The position numbers were made by a program, and so were the translations under genes. A DNA stretch of 57,786 nt, taken from NCBI GenBank assembly GCA_964538105.1, contig CAZIFP010000001.1, positions 1-57,786 of the forward strand, read 5' to 3'. This DNA is from an uncultured Bifidobacteriaceae bacterium (lineage in GTDB: Bacteria > Verrucomicrobiota > Verrucomicrobiia > Limisphaerales > UBA11358). The notes beneath the pieces were generated by a model, which saw only the letters and a program-made list of their open reading frames with translations, had not been told where the DNA came from and made no database searches. Below, piece by piece: positions 25,737-34,980 of the stretch (its first letter is position 1; each line of letters opens with the position of its first letter).

Positions 25737-28700
25737 ATGAAAACCAACCAAATGGATTCTCCGCTTGGTCTGATTCCGTGCCTGTGTCTCCTGCTCGCGA
25801 TGGCATTGAACCCGTCCAATCTGCTAAATGCCCAGACAGAAAAGCTGGCCGATCAAATTTCTTCAGTGACTGAATCAGACCATCTAGTTAGAAAGCCAAG
25901 GCCCGATCTGACGGGAACGGTTCTGGCCAAGGATGGATCTCCGGTTCAAGCCACGGTGTTCATTTACACCGCCGGACCCAAAGCTGGCACCAGCCCGTTC
26001 TGCCCGTCCTGCTACGCCGACTGCCAGAAGAGCGCAAAGGCTGACGAACAGGGTCATTTCAAGATTGATTCACTCAACCCACAATTGGTGTTTCGGGTGC
26101 TGGCCGTGGCAAAGGGCTTCAAGCCGCAGTTCGTCGGCAAAGTTGATCCGGCAAGCGGTCCGATTACCGTAAAACTGGATCCCATCGAACTGACGGGTGC
26201 TGCGCCGGGACAATGTCTGCATGGCCGGGTTGCTGATGCCAAAGGCAAACCGATCAGTGGCGCGTTGGTTTCCGCACAAGGCATACGCGGGCGAAACGGC
26301 AGCGGGCGCTGGGGCAGTCTTCCGGGAGTTGATCCGCTGGCTGTGACAGACGACAACGGTGAATTTTTAATTTCGTCCCATGATCCATTCGACATGATGG
26401 ATGTGAAGGTCGAAGCGCGTGGGTTTGCCAGGCGAACTTTCGCGGAGCTGGAAAGTGGTGCGGCGGTGCATCAACTGGTGTTGACGGAAGGCGCGGCCAT
26501 TCGTGGGCGCGTTATGTTAAATGGAAATCCATTGACGAATGTTTCGGTTGGAGTTGTCTCGGTGGATCGCAGCATGGAACATTACACGGGGAATTATGAC
26601 ATCGGCACGGATTCCGACGGGCGATTCCTGTTCACGAGCCTGCCGCCGGATGTGGATTATTATATTTATGGCAAAATGGACACCATCAAAGCTTACGGCT
26701 CAATCCCCATCCAAAAAATCCACGGCGGGAAAGACGGCGACGTGACGGATGTGGGAGAACTTAAGGTTGGCCATGGGAACAGCCTCATGGGACGCATAGT
26801 GCTGGCAGACGGTGGTGTTATTCCTCCCCAAACCCGGCTGTTGGTCAGCCGGGAATCGGCTTGGGATTCTGTGCAACTGACTTTGGCAGCGGACGGCAGT
26901 TTCAGCATGACGGGGCTGCCGAGTGAAACTATTTCTTTGAGCTTGCGGCTGCCCGGCTACAGGGTCTCGACAAAGAATGCGAGCTTGGACACGCTGAATC
27001 CATTCCAACTAATTGGCCGGGTTGAAGGCGACATCACAAACCTGGTTTTCCAGCTCGAAAAGGGTGACGAAATTCCACCGGACTACAGCAGCATGAATGA
27101 TGAATCACAACAACCGAGAAACCGTCCCTTGCATGGTGCCGAGGCTGGGCCGGATCATTCTCACCAATGGATCATCTCCGGTCGGGTTACAGATCGGCAG
27201 AATGGGGATCCCATTTCAAGTTTCCTCGTCATACCAGGACAAGCGCAACTGACTTGGAATCAAAACCAATGGGACATGAGACATAATGCGGAGGGCACCA
27301 ATGGATCTTTTGTCGTTTATGTGGATCAAAGGTGGGCCCAACCAGAATTGAAAGTTACGGCTGACGGATTTTTGCCGATTGCCAGGATGCTTAAGCCGGA
27401 GTCGCAGACAAATGTAGAAATCCTCCTGGACAAAGGCGCTGGTCCTGTTGGAAAAGTGTTGCTTCCCGATGGCAAGCCCGCCGCCAAAGCGGATGTCATA
27501 GTCATTTGCGCGGATTCAGAACAACCGGGCTTTGATTACGACGGCCATTTAAACTCAAGGCGCAACGCACAACTTGAAACCACCACCTTCATTAACGGAA
27601 ATTTTTCCTTCGCGCCGCAAATCGGTATGCGGTCAATTGCCGCCGCAACAAAAGAAGGTTTTATCCAAGTTTCGGTTGAAAGCCTGAAGACCAATTCGAA
27701 TGTTGTGCTAAATGCCTACGGGAGCATCCATGGTGTTCTCAAGCGTCCCTCCGGTTTTGGAACCAATGAAGACCTCGATTTGAGCTTCGTCGAAGCGGAC
27801 GTGCCGATCTTTCAAAAAATCAATCTGGCTAATCATGCTCAAACCGACAATGCCGGCCGCTTTGCCTTCGACCATGTGCCCGCCGGTCAATTGCAAATTT
27901 CCTACCGGCTTAAGATGGACGGGAAGTTCAATGGCTGGTCGCAAATTCCATTGCAAACAGTCAGCTTGAATCCTGGTCAACACATGGAAGTCAACATAAC
28001 GGCTCCCGAACGCCAGTCACCAAATCGGTTCGGCGGTCAGCCGATGCCAGAACCAGTTCGGATTCCGGGAATTGAAGTCAAGGGAATCGTCCTGCTTCCG
28101 AATGGCAAACCATGCGCCTCTGCCCAGGTGGCTTTGCAAATTCCGAGCAAATATCTGGCGCTGGGCAAAGCCACCTTGCGATCCAACCAGGGGATGGAAG
28201 AAGGCTGGATCGTTCAAACCAGGCCAGATGGAAACTTCGCACTGCCGGTGTATGAAGGAGCGCAATCGGTCATCGTCGTGAGTGACGAGGGATTCGCGCA
28301 GGTCTCTTTGGACGATTTGAAACAATCGCCACAAGTTCATTTGCAGGCGTGGGGAAAAATAGAGGGTGAATTGCGCGTCGGCCGTCACCCAGCCACCAAT
28401 ATCGTGGTGTCGCTGTCAAATCAACAACGTAATTATTCCGCTGCCCGTATGAATCAAGCTGGATATAAAACGAACAGCCCCGGGTTGATCAGTCCTCCGG
28501 CACCAGACATGCAGCCGTTGTTTTACGATGACAGCGCGTTCCAGGCCGTAACCGACGAAGCGGGAAATTTCATCATCACTGACGTGCCTCCGGGAGAACA
28601 CAGCATCGTCCGCTGGGTGCCGGCGGGCAACGGCTCCCGGATGCAACGCTCGCTTGGATTGGTTGAGGTTAAGCCCGGAGAAACGACCCGCATCTCATTT

Positions 28701-29174
28701 GGTGGAGGCGGACGTCCGCTCGCTGGCAAGGTAATGATGACCGGCACGAACGCGCCGTTGAACTGGCCGCAAACCAGCGCTTCGTTGCACACCGCGATTG
28801 CCAGATGGCTTGAAAAATTGGGCAATGCCAAAACTCCGGAAGAGAAAAAGGCGCTGGCCCAGTCCGCAGAATTTCAAATGGCGGTGAAGAATGCAAAAGA
28901 TTATCCAGCTGAACTGTCAGCGGACGGCTCATTCATGATCGAAGACGTTTTACCTGGAGAATACGATTTCACAGTGCAGGTAAACAATCATTCCGTGAGT
29001 TTTGACCCTTCCGCCCTGGCGCTATTCACATCGTCCCAGGAAATCAGCGTTCCCAAGGCAAGCCCATCTGACAGCGACGACGTGATAGACGTGGGAACCG
29101 TTTCGCTTAAGCCGATAAAGTTGCCGTTTACGTTCGTAGGAAGCACCAACGGAATGAAGATCACCAGCAACTAG
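25737..29174 (+). CDS. large secreted protein built of repeated carboxypeptidase-regulatory-like (CarboxypepD_reg) beta-sandwich domains
   Basis: The start is at MKTNQMDSPLGLIPCLCLLLAMALNPSNLLNAQ (signal peptide). At least 8 modules open with motifs such as LHGRVADAKGKPISGALVS, IRGRVMLNGNPLTNVSV, ISGRVTDRQNGDPIS, VGKVLLPDGKPAAKADV and VKGIVLLPNGKPCASAQV. A sampled 60-nt line here counts ~48% GC. Confidence 0.7.
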   Translation: MKTNQMDSPLGLIPCLCLLLAMALNPSNLLNAQTEKLADQISSVTESDHLVRKPRPDLTGTVLAKDGSPVQATVFIYTAGPKAGTSPFCPSCYADCQKSAKADEQGHFKIDSLNPQLVFRVLAVAKGFKPQFVGKVDPASGPITVKLDPIELTGAAPGQCLHGRVADAKGKPISGALVSAQGIRGRNGSGRWGSLPGVDPLAVTDDNGEFLISSHDPFDMMDVKVEARGFARRTFAELESGAAVHQLVLTEGAAIRGRVMLNGNPLTNVSVGVVSVDRSMEHYTGNYDIGTDSDGRFLFTSLPPDVDYYIYGKMDTIKAYGSIPIQKIHGGKDGDVTDVGELKVGHGNSLMGRIVLADGGVIPPQTRLLVSRESAWDSVQLTLAADGSFSMTGLPSETISLSLRLPGYRVSTKNASLDTLNPFQLIGRVEGDITNLVFQLEKGDEIPPDYSSMNDESQQPRNRPLHGAEAGPDHSHQWIISGRVTDRQNGDPISSFLVIPGQAQLTWNQNQWDMRHNAEGTNGSFVVYVDQRWAQPELKVTADGFLPIARMLKPESQTNVEILLDKGAGPVGKVLLPDGKPAAKADVIVICADSEQPGFDYDGHLNSRRNAQLETTTFINGNFSFAPQIGMRSIAAATKEGFIQVSVESLKTNSNVVLNAYGSIHGVLKRPSGFGTNEDLDLSFVEADVPIFQKINLANHAQTDNAGRFAFDHVPAGQLQISYRLKMDGKFNGWSQIPLQTVSLNPGQHMEVNITAPERQSPNRFGGQPMPEPVRIPGIEVKGIVLLPNGKPCASAQVALQIPSKYLALGKATLRSNQGMEEGWIVQTRPDGNFALPVYEGAQSVIVVSDEGFAQVSLDDLKQSPQVHLQAWGKIEGELRVGRHPATNIVVSLSNQQRNYSAARMNQAGYKTNSPGLISPPAPDMQPLFYDDSAFQAVTDEAGNFIITDVPPGEHSIVRWVPAGNGSRMQRSLGLVEVKPGETTRISFGGGGRPLAGKVMMTGTNAPLNWPQTSASLHTAIARWLEKLGNAKTPEEKKALAQSAEFQMAVKNAKDYPAELSADGSFMIEDVLPGEYDFTVQVNNHSVSFDPSALALFTSSQEISVPKASPSDSDDVIDVGTVSLKPIKLPFTFVGSTNGMKITSN

Positions 29175-29339
29175 CTTGCGCCTGCCGTTCGCACATCCGG
29201 GTGGCGCTGCCAAAGCTGCTGCGGCACTGATTTTCAAGACGCGGCCCGGTGACGACGCAATGCGTTCGAGGAAGCTGGCTCCTGTGTCCTTCGTCGCCGA
29301 GGTTTTTCAGCAAATGACCGCAGCGCAAAGCAGGGTGAT

Positions 29340-32300
29340 TTATCGCGCCAGCACACGGAAAAACCTCGTGCTGTTGGTGGCCGGGTTGTTGTCGGTAAAC
29401 AAACTGATTCCGCTCGTGCCAAGCTGTGAGGAGCCGATGTTGGTCCAGGACGAAGAGGCGTCAAGCGTGTTGCGGTATTGAAGCTGGAAACTCCAGTTGG
29501 TCGCCGTCGAGCAACTGATCTGGACATTGGAGGCGGTCACTGAAATTTGCGTGACGTTGAAAACCGGCGGAGTCGGAACGTCCGCTGCAATCAATGGATT
29601 TATTCCGTTCAAATATTTGGTCAGGTTCGAAATGCCGTTGCCGTCGGCGTCATCCGAACCGCGCGATTTGTCAGCGGCCTCGCCGAGGGCGTGGCCGAAA
29701 TATGCGAGCCGCCACCAGTCGGGAATGCCATCCGTGTCGCTGAACACGTCGGCGATTTTCTGAACCTGCACGCCGGAGACGCGCGCGTTGTCCGCCGCGC
29801 CCGGAGTAAAAAGAATTTGCAGTTCGGAATTTGTCACCGCGTTCGTGAACAACAGGCTGATGGGAATGTTCTGTCCGCCGGCGGCGGCGAAAATATCGAA
29901 ATTCGTCAGCATCTGCCGGCCTTGGATGAAGACGTTGAATTCGCGCTCGCCAGCACCGCTCCAATACGTCTCCGCCTCCAGCAGCGTGATCTGATAAACA
30001 CCTTCCGGGCAGTCGAACTCGTAATAAAATCCGCCGCTCGACGTGCTGTATCGCTCGCGCTGGTAAAGCGACTGCGCGCCGGAGCAAATGCCGCTGATGC
30101 TGTTGGCGACGTAGCCGGTGGTGCCGCCGGAATAACCGAACGAACCGAAACTATAAGCCGTGTCCTTGAGCCAGACATTGCCGGAGCAGTCGGTGACGTT
30201 CGCCGGATTGCCGCCGCTGACCCGCTGCAAATAATTTCCAGGCACGTTGAAAAAATTAACACTGACGGAGTTCGTCGCGGAGATGTTTCCGGACGAATCC
30301 GTCGCGCGGGCGGAAATCTGGTGCGGGCCGTTCAGAAAATTCGAGCTGTTCAAACTCGCGTTCCACGCGGTCGTGCCGCTCGCGGTTTGCCACGCGTCGT
30401 TGTCGAATTGAAACTCCACTTTGGCCACGGCGACATTGTCGGTGGCGATGCCGGAAATGGCCAGGTTGCCGGCGATCACCGCGCCATTCGTCGGCGTTTG
30501 TATCGAAATAAACGGCGGTATCGCGTCGTGGACACTGCTCGTGTCGGTGGAGAATTTCAATTCATACGGCGAAAACATCGCATTGCCGGAAACGGCGTCC
30601 ACCGCGGAATTGGTGACACGCACAATGTAATTGGTCAATCCGGCCAGACCCGCGCCGCCGGGTGTGAACGTCATCGTGTCATTCGCCGGCGACCAACTGA
30701 ACGTGCCGCCGACGGCCGGGCTGATATAGAAAGCATTTTGAACGCTGTTCGTGTCCATCGGCATGCTAAACTGCAAAACAACCGGCGACCACGTCGGCAC
30801 GTTGGTGGCCCAGTGCATTGGATAATTGGTAATCACGACCGGGTTCAGCGGCTGCCATTGCGGCTGTTCGATGAAAATTTTTGCCGTCGTGCTTGGCACG
30901 CTGATGGCGGGTGTCTGCGAGCCGCCAGTCAAAGTGTAGGATTCGTTGGTGTTCAACAAATTCACCAGCACGGTGCCGGCGGGATAAGTCAGCGTGGTCG
31001 CGGGCAGCGTCTGGCTGGAGCTGGCCGTGTTGAAAACGACGAACACTTCCTGCGTGTTCATCAAGCGCGAGTAGGCAAACAATCCCGGACCGGAAGAGTT
31101 GCTGGCGCGGTTGACGTATGAGCCGAGCGTAAGCGCGGGATACAACCGGCGAAAATTGTTCAACTGTGCGACCCATTGGAACAGCGGATGCGTCATGTTG
31201 AAGTTGTCAACGCCCGGCGAACTAAGCTGTAAGACCGTGCCGCCAGGACCGTCCTTGAATTCACCGGCGAACATGTCTTCGCGGTCATTTGGATCCGTCG
31301 TGCCGTCAAATCCCTGTTCCGTGCCGTAATAAAGACACGGAATGCCGGGCGAGGTGTAAAGAAATGCCAGCGCAACTTCGAGTGCGTTTGTATTATTATT
31401 TGACTCGCTGGTGCTCAAGAACCGCGGATTGTCATGGTTGTCCAGGAAGTTGACGAGCTGCATCTGCGCGGCTGGATCGTAATCGGCCGCGACCGCGTTG
31501 TAATGGGTTTGAATCTGTGATGTCGTTCCGCTGGCCGTGGCAAAAACGCTGTTGATCGCGTAGTAAAGCGGATAATCCAAAATGGAATCAAATTTGAACG
31601 GGCCCCCGCCTTCGCTCCCGGTGTAAGAACCAACCATGGTTTCCGAGCCGTTGAACGTTTCGCCAAACATGAAAAAATTGGTGTCGCCGTTGGTGGCCGC
31701 ATAGGCATGAATCGCCGGACAAAAGCTCTGCCAGAAACCCATGTCCACTTCCAAGGCCGTGTCGATCCGGAAGCCGTCAAAGCCAATCTGCTGAATCCAG
31801 TATTCGTAAATCGCCGCCATGTTCGAGCGGACGTAAGGCGTTTCCGTCCGGAAATCGTTCAGCCCGGACAGCCAGCCCAAAATCACCTGATTGGTGTCGT
31901 TGTAATTCTGGATGTCGCCGTAATTGTGGAAAATATTCGTGAGGGCCGGATTTGCCGCCGTCAGGTTGAACGGGGCCGGATAGGTTTTATTGGCGTTCGC
32001 GTAACTCAAAGTATAGCCGGACGGATAACTGAAAGTGGTGCCGCTGCTGTTGACGAGGTCGCCGGCGTGGTTCACGACAATGTCATCAATCACCAGCAGC
32101 CCGCGTGCGTGCGCCGCCTGAACCATGTGCTGCAGATTGGAGATCGAACCCCAATGCGGAGCCACAGCGTAAAAATTCCATGCGGAGTAGCCGTGAAATT
32201 GCCCCTCGGTGTTCAGCACAATCGGCGAAATCCAGATGGCCGTCGCGCCGAGCGACTTGATGTAATCCAGCTTCTGCTCGATGCCCTCGAAATCCCCGCC

Positions 32301-32621
32301 ATGCACCGACGAACCGCCGTTGCCGGACGGGGCGTAAGTGCCTTCCGCATTGTCATTGTTTGTGTCCCCGTCGTAAAAACGGTCGGTGATGATCTGGTAA
32401 ATGCTTTGCGCCTGCCAAAATGTGTTGGGAACCGATTGCGCGAAAACCGGCGTCACCCCAAAAAGACCTGCGGCGGCAAAAATAATGACGCCAAACAGCC
32501 AAGTGAAGCGGCTGACACCGCATATCGGACTTTCGCCATGTGTTTTCAGGGAGTTTGAGCGGAAAATTAGTGCCGGATGACAATTGGAACGGTCGAAGGC
32601 ACTGGATGATTTATTATTCAT
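29340..32621 (-). CDS. secreted GH13 alpha-amylase family glycoside hydrolase with Ig-like, malectin-like and C-terminal beta-sandwich domains
   Basis: GH13 regions are present: DDIVVNHAG (I), GFRIDTALEV (II), FMFGETF (III), FLDNHDNPRF (IV). A malectin-like segment follows (YQRERYS...GVYQITLLEAETYWSGAGEREFNVFIQGRQML). Calcium-binding-type repeats (DTDGIPDWW, SDDADGNGISN) are present, and the C-terminus ends ...TRFFRVLAR. Confidence 0.88.
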   Translation of the reverse strand: MNNKSSSAFDRSNCHPALIFRSNSLKTHGESPICGVSRFTWLFGVIIFAAAGLFGVTPVFAQSVPNTFWQAQSIYQIITDRFYDGDTNNDNAEGTYAPSGNGGSSVHGGDFEGIEQKLDYIKSLGATAIWISPIVLNTEGQFHGYSAWNFYAVAPHWGSISNLQHMVQAAHARGLLVIDDIVVNHAGDLVNSSGTTFSYPSGYTLSYANANKTYPAPFNLTAANPALTNIFHNYGDIQNYNDTNQVILGWLSGLNDFRTETPYVRSNMAAIYEYWIQQIGFDGFRIDTALEVDMGFWQSFCPAIHAYAATNGDTNFFMFGETFNGSETMVGSYTGSEGGGPFKFDSILDYPLYYAINSVFATASGTTSQIQTHYNAVAADYDPAAQMQLVNFLDNHDNPRFLSTSESNNNTNALEVALAFLYTSPGIPCLYYGTEQGFDGTTDPNDREDMFAGEFKDGPGGTVLQLSSPGVDNFNMTHPLFQWVAQLNNFRRLYPALTLGSYVNRASNSSGPGLFAYSRLMNTQEVFVVFNTASSSQTLPATTLTYPAGTVLVNLLNTNESYTLTGGSQTPAISVPSTTAKIFIEQPQWQPLNPVVITNYPMHWATNVPTWSPVVLQFSMPMDTNSVQNAFYISPAVGGTFSWSPANDTMTFTPGGAGLAGLTNYIVRVTNSAVDAVSGNAMFSPYELKFSTDTSSVHDAIPPFISIQTPTNGAVIAGNLAISGIATDNVAVAKVEFQFDNDAWQTASGTTAWNASLNSSNFLNGPHQISARATDSSGNISATNSVSVNFFNVPGNYLQRVSGGNPANVTDCSGNVWLKDTAYSFGSFGYSGGTTGYVANSISGICSGAQSLYQRERYSTSSGGFYYEFDCPEGVYQITLLEAETYWSGAGEREFNVFIQGRQMLTNFDIFAAAGGQNIPISLLFTNAVTNSELQILFTPGAADNARVSGVQVQKIADVFSDTDGIPDWWRLAYFGHALGEAADKSRGSDDADGNGISNLTKYLNGINPLIAADVPTPPVFNVTQISVTASNVQISCSTATNWSFQLQYRNTLDASSSWTNIGSSQLGTSGISLFTDNNPATNSTRFFRVLAR

Positions 32622-32761
32622 ATCGGCTTAATCCAGACAATATGACTCAAAATCACCCCGAAAGTAACCGCATGTTTATGCAATCTTTGAAGAAGCACCC
32701 ACAAGCAATCTCAGCCAAATCTTTCACAGCACGACTTAGTTGCTACCACACAGCACACAAA

Positions 32762-33460
32762 TTAGCCTGAAACGCGCAGCCAGCTTAGATGCACCACGGC
32801 GACGACCACTCCAAGTCCGGCACCGGCAAGAACGTCAAGCACGACATGCTGGCGGATGGCAACCGTGGAATAAAGAATGCCGAGACACCACAGCCAGTTG
32901 AACGCGCATACAAATTTCCCGGCACCCATCTGTCGCAACAGACGATTGAGCCAGATGGCAGTGAACACGGCAAAAGCCACATGTAGGGAGGGACAGACGT
33001 TGCCCGAGGCATCAACCGACTGCAGAAATGCAAACGCCGGATGCTGCGACCAGTCGGTGTCGGACCATGACACAGTCGTCGGCCAGAGGAGAAATATTCC
33101 CAGACCGATAATACTGAGTCCGACGGTGGCCAGTGCGTAGGACACGATTTCGCGGCGCTCAATCAGCAGCGCGGGCGCCAGCGACACATAAAACCACAAT
33201 GACAAATAGAGCGGCAGGGCTTCGGGTTGGAAGGTGATCAGCCGGTCAACGGCGGTGTGCGGCATCGTGGTGACTGGGAAAAACGGATGTTTGAGCACCC
33301 AGAAATAGGCGATAAAAAACAAGGTCATGACGAGGGTCATGCCAATCATTTTGGCCGGCCACCACTTAAGCGCGCGGAGACGGGCTTGATGAAGCCAGCC
33401 AATGCTGGGCGGATGCTTGTGAGGCAAGTCCATGATCAAGGGCGTAACAAGCGATGTCAC
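32762..33460 (-). CDS. PAP2 superfamily membrane protein (PAP2_C / head-group transferase-like H-H-D motif)
   Basis: Polytopic membrane protein with NVCPSLHVAF and IRQHVVLDVLAG (H...HxxxD). This resembles the sphingomyelin/IPC synthase-type PAP2 motif more than the KxxxxxxRP-PSGH-SRxxxxxHxxxD phosphatase motif. It lies 78 nt downstream of the ACP gene on the same strand. Confidence 0.72.
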   Translation of the reverse strand: MTSLVTPLIMDLPHKHPPSIGWLHQARLRALKWWPAKMIGMTLVMTLFFIAYFWVLKHPFFPVTTMPHTAVDRLITFQPEALPLYLSLWFYVSLAPALLIERREIVSYALATVGLSIIGLGIFLLWPTTVSWSDTDWSQHPAFAFLQSVDASGNVCPSLHVAFAVFTAIWLNRLLRQMGAGKFVCAFNWLWCLGILYSTVAIRQHVVLDVLAGAGLGVVVAVVHLSWLRVSG

Positions 33461-33538
33461 TCGGAAACAAAAAGCTGCAACCCAGCTCCATTTTACCTTC
33501 GCTAAATTATGTTTGCCGGCGTCGTGGCTGGAACATTT

Positions 33539-33814
33539 TTATTTAGGGGGGGGGGAATTGTGCTCTTGAATTGCTGCCGCAATGGTGTTGATGGTTTGCA
33601 TGACTTTGCGCGCGACTTCGACATCTGAAAGTTTCAGCCCGAAATTTTTCTCCAGGGCGACCACCAGTTGCAGCGCATCAATCGAATCCAACCCCAGACC
33701 GTGCGGGCCGAACAAAGGCTGGTCATCCCCAATTTCTGTCGCACTGATTTTGAGCATGCAGTTTTCAACCACCATTTTTTTGATCCGGGCCTTGAGTTCA
33801 GTTGAGTCATTCAT
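33539..33814 (-). CDS. acyl carrier protein (cluster-dedicated)
   Basis: A 91-aa protein from MNDSTELKARIKK (ATG 33814..33812) with the phosphopantetheine attachment motif LGLDSIDALQLV. The track ORF is longer (to 34111), but the extra part overlaps the upstream gene. Confidence 0.88.
   Translation of the reverse strand: MNDSTELKARIKKMVVENCMLKISATEIGDDQPLFGPHGLGLDSIDALQLVVALEKNFGLKLSDVEVARKVMQTINTIAAAIQEHNSPPPK
33546..33555. repeat. G10 (C10 on the coding strand) homopolymer at the extreme 3' end of the ACP gene
   Basis: Read directly: atttaggggggggggaattg. It encodes the terminal ...NSPPPK* of the ACP. Confidence 0.9.
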
Positions 33815-33861
33815 TGAAAAATAAAAATGCGAGCAAACATTCTGATGGCAAAGCCTGTGAT

Positions 33862-34908
33862 TTAACCCGTTTTCGCGCAAGCCCGAAAACGCGCGCCAAT
33901 CGCCTGCTGATTCGCGCCCACCACGCTGGCATTCACGGCGGAAAAATGGCCGCTCGCAATCGCGTTGCCGGCGGCGACGCACTGCCAGGCGGCCGAGGCC
34001 GTGAACCCCTCGCCGAGAATTGATTTCGGCACTAGCCGCCGGCCTGACCAGTCGCGCCATGCCATATTTTCCGCTGCTGCCGCAAGCGGGTTTGGTTGCG
34101 CGCTCACGCACAGCAATTCATCCGGCCCGCAGGGCGGCAATTGCGCCCGCATTTTTCGCGCGGCTTCCGACCGGTTCTGGAGTTGCGTGAATAAAAAGGA
34201 ATCTGTGATGCCCACCAGTTCCGCGCCGACCGCCGGCGGCTTTTCCTTCCGTAAGTAAATCGCGCCGGACCCGGCGCTGTGAATCGCGTCATGTTGAAAC
34301 AGTCGTATCGCCTCGGTGACAACCCAGTCCATCTCTTCAGCGCCAACAACGACCACACCATCCGCCCGGTCATCCAGCAGCCAGTCGGCGGCCACCGCCA
34401 GCCCTTGGAAAAAAGTTCCGTCGTCGCCAACCAGCGTGTAGCCGGTTCCGCTCGAATTGAGATACGCCGCGAGATGGCTGGCCGGGGCATTGAAAACGGT
34501 TTCGGGGAAAAACTGCGGGCTGGCCAGGGCCGGTTCGCGCAAAACCTCCTCATAAAACCGCCGTGAATAAGCGACGCTGCCGGCCATGGTGCAGACGATG
34601 ATGCCGAGCCGCAAATCGCCACCTTGGATTCGCACAACGTCGCCGCCCAATGCTTCGAGGGCGGCGGCCACGGTGTGCAGGCTGATGTCGCTCGCGCGCC
34701 GCAAACGAGGATGCGCAAAAAATGCCGGGCGAATTTCCGGCGGTGGCACGTTGCGGATGCACAAGGGCTTTTCCCAGCCCGGCCGCACCACGCTCTCCGT
34801 GGGAATGAGATGGCACTTGGTCAAGGCGGTCTGCAAGGCTGCAACACCCCAGCCCGCCGGAGAAACCGCGCCGAGGCCGTGAACGAAAATTTTTCTCGGC
34901 GCGTTCAT
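33862..34908 (-). CDS. beta-ketoacyl synthase-like protein lacking catalytic Cys/His (chain-length-factor-like partner)
   Basis: A KS-type N-terminus (IFVHGLGAVSPAGWG) is present. By eye alignment to the adjacent KS, the active-site ACASG position reads LVGDDGTF, and the C-terminal GHLLGAAG position reads GEGFTASAA. It is 348 aa, shorter than a KS. Confidence 0.72.
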   Translation of the reverse strand: MNAPRKIFVHGLGAVSPAGWGVAALQTALTKCHLIPTESVVRPGWEKPLCIRNVPPPEIRPAFFAHPRLRRASDISLHTVAAALEALGGDVVRIQGGDLRLGIIVCTMAGSVAYSRRFYEEVLREPALASPQFFPETVFNAPASHLAAYLNSSGTGYTLVGDDGTFFQGLAVAADWLLDDRADGVVVVGAEEMDWVVTEAIRLFQHDAIHSAGSGAIYLRKEKPPAVGAELVGITDSFLFTQLQNRSEAARKMRAQLPPCGPDELLCVSAQPNPLAAAAENMAWRDWSGRRLVPKSILGEGFTASAAWQCVAAGNAIASGHFSAVNASVVGANQQAIGARFRACAKTG

Positions 34909-34949
34909 TCAAATGGGAAAGCAAAACGATGACTTTCAAATTTCCGCGC

Positions 34950-34980
34950 AATCGTAAATCGTGAATCGTAAATCATAAAT
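34950..34980. repeat. heptanucleotide tandem repeat (AATCRTN x4.4) in the KS/KS-like intergenic spacer
   Basis: Read directly: aatcgta aatcgtg aatcgta aatcata aat, immediately after the KS stop codon (34981-34983). It belongs to the same unit family as the repeat at 5853-5894. Confidence 0.85.

Noticed and set aside
29547-31121. 524-aa plus-strand ORF antisense to the GH13 gene
   Set aside because: There are no motifs and it is Arg/Gly/Ala-rich. The opposite strand carries all four GH13 conserved regions in one uninterrupted frame.
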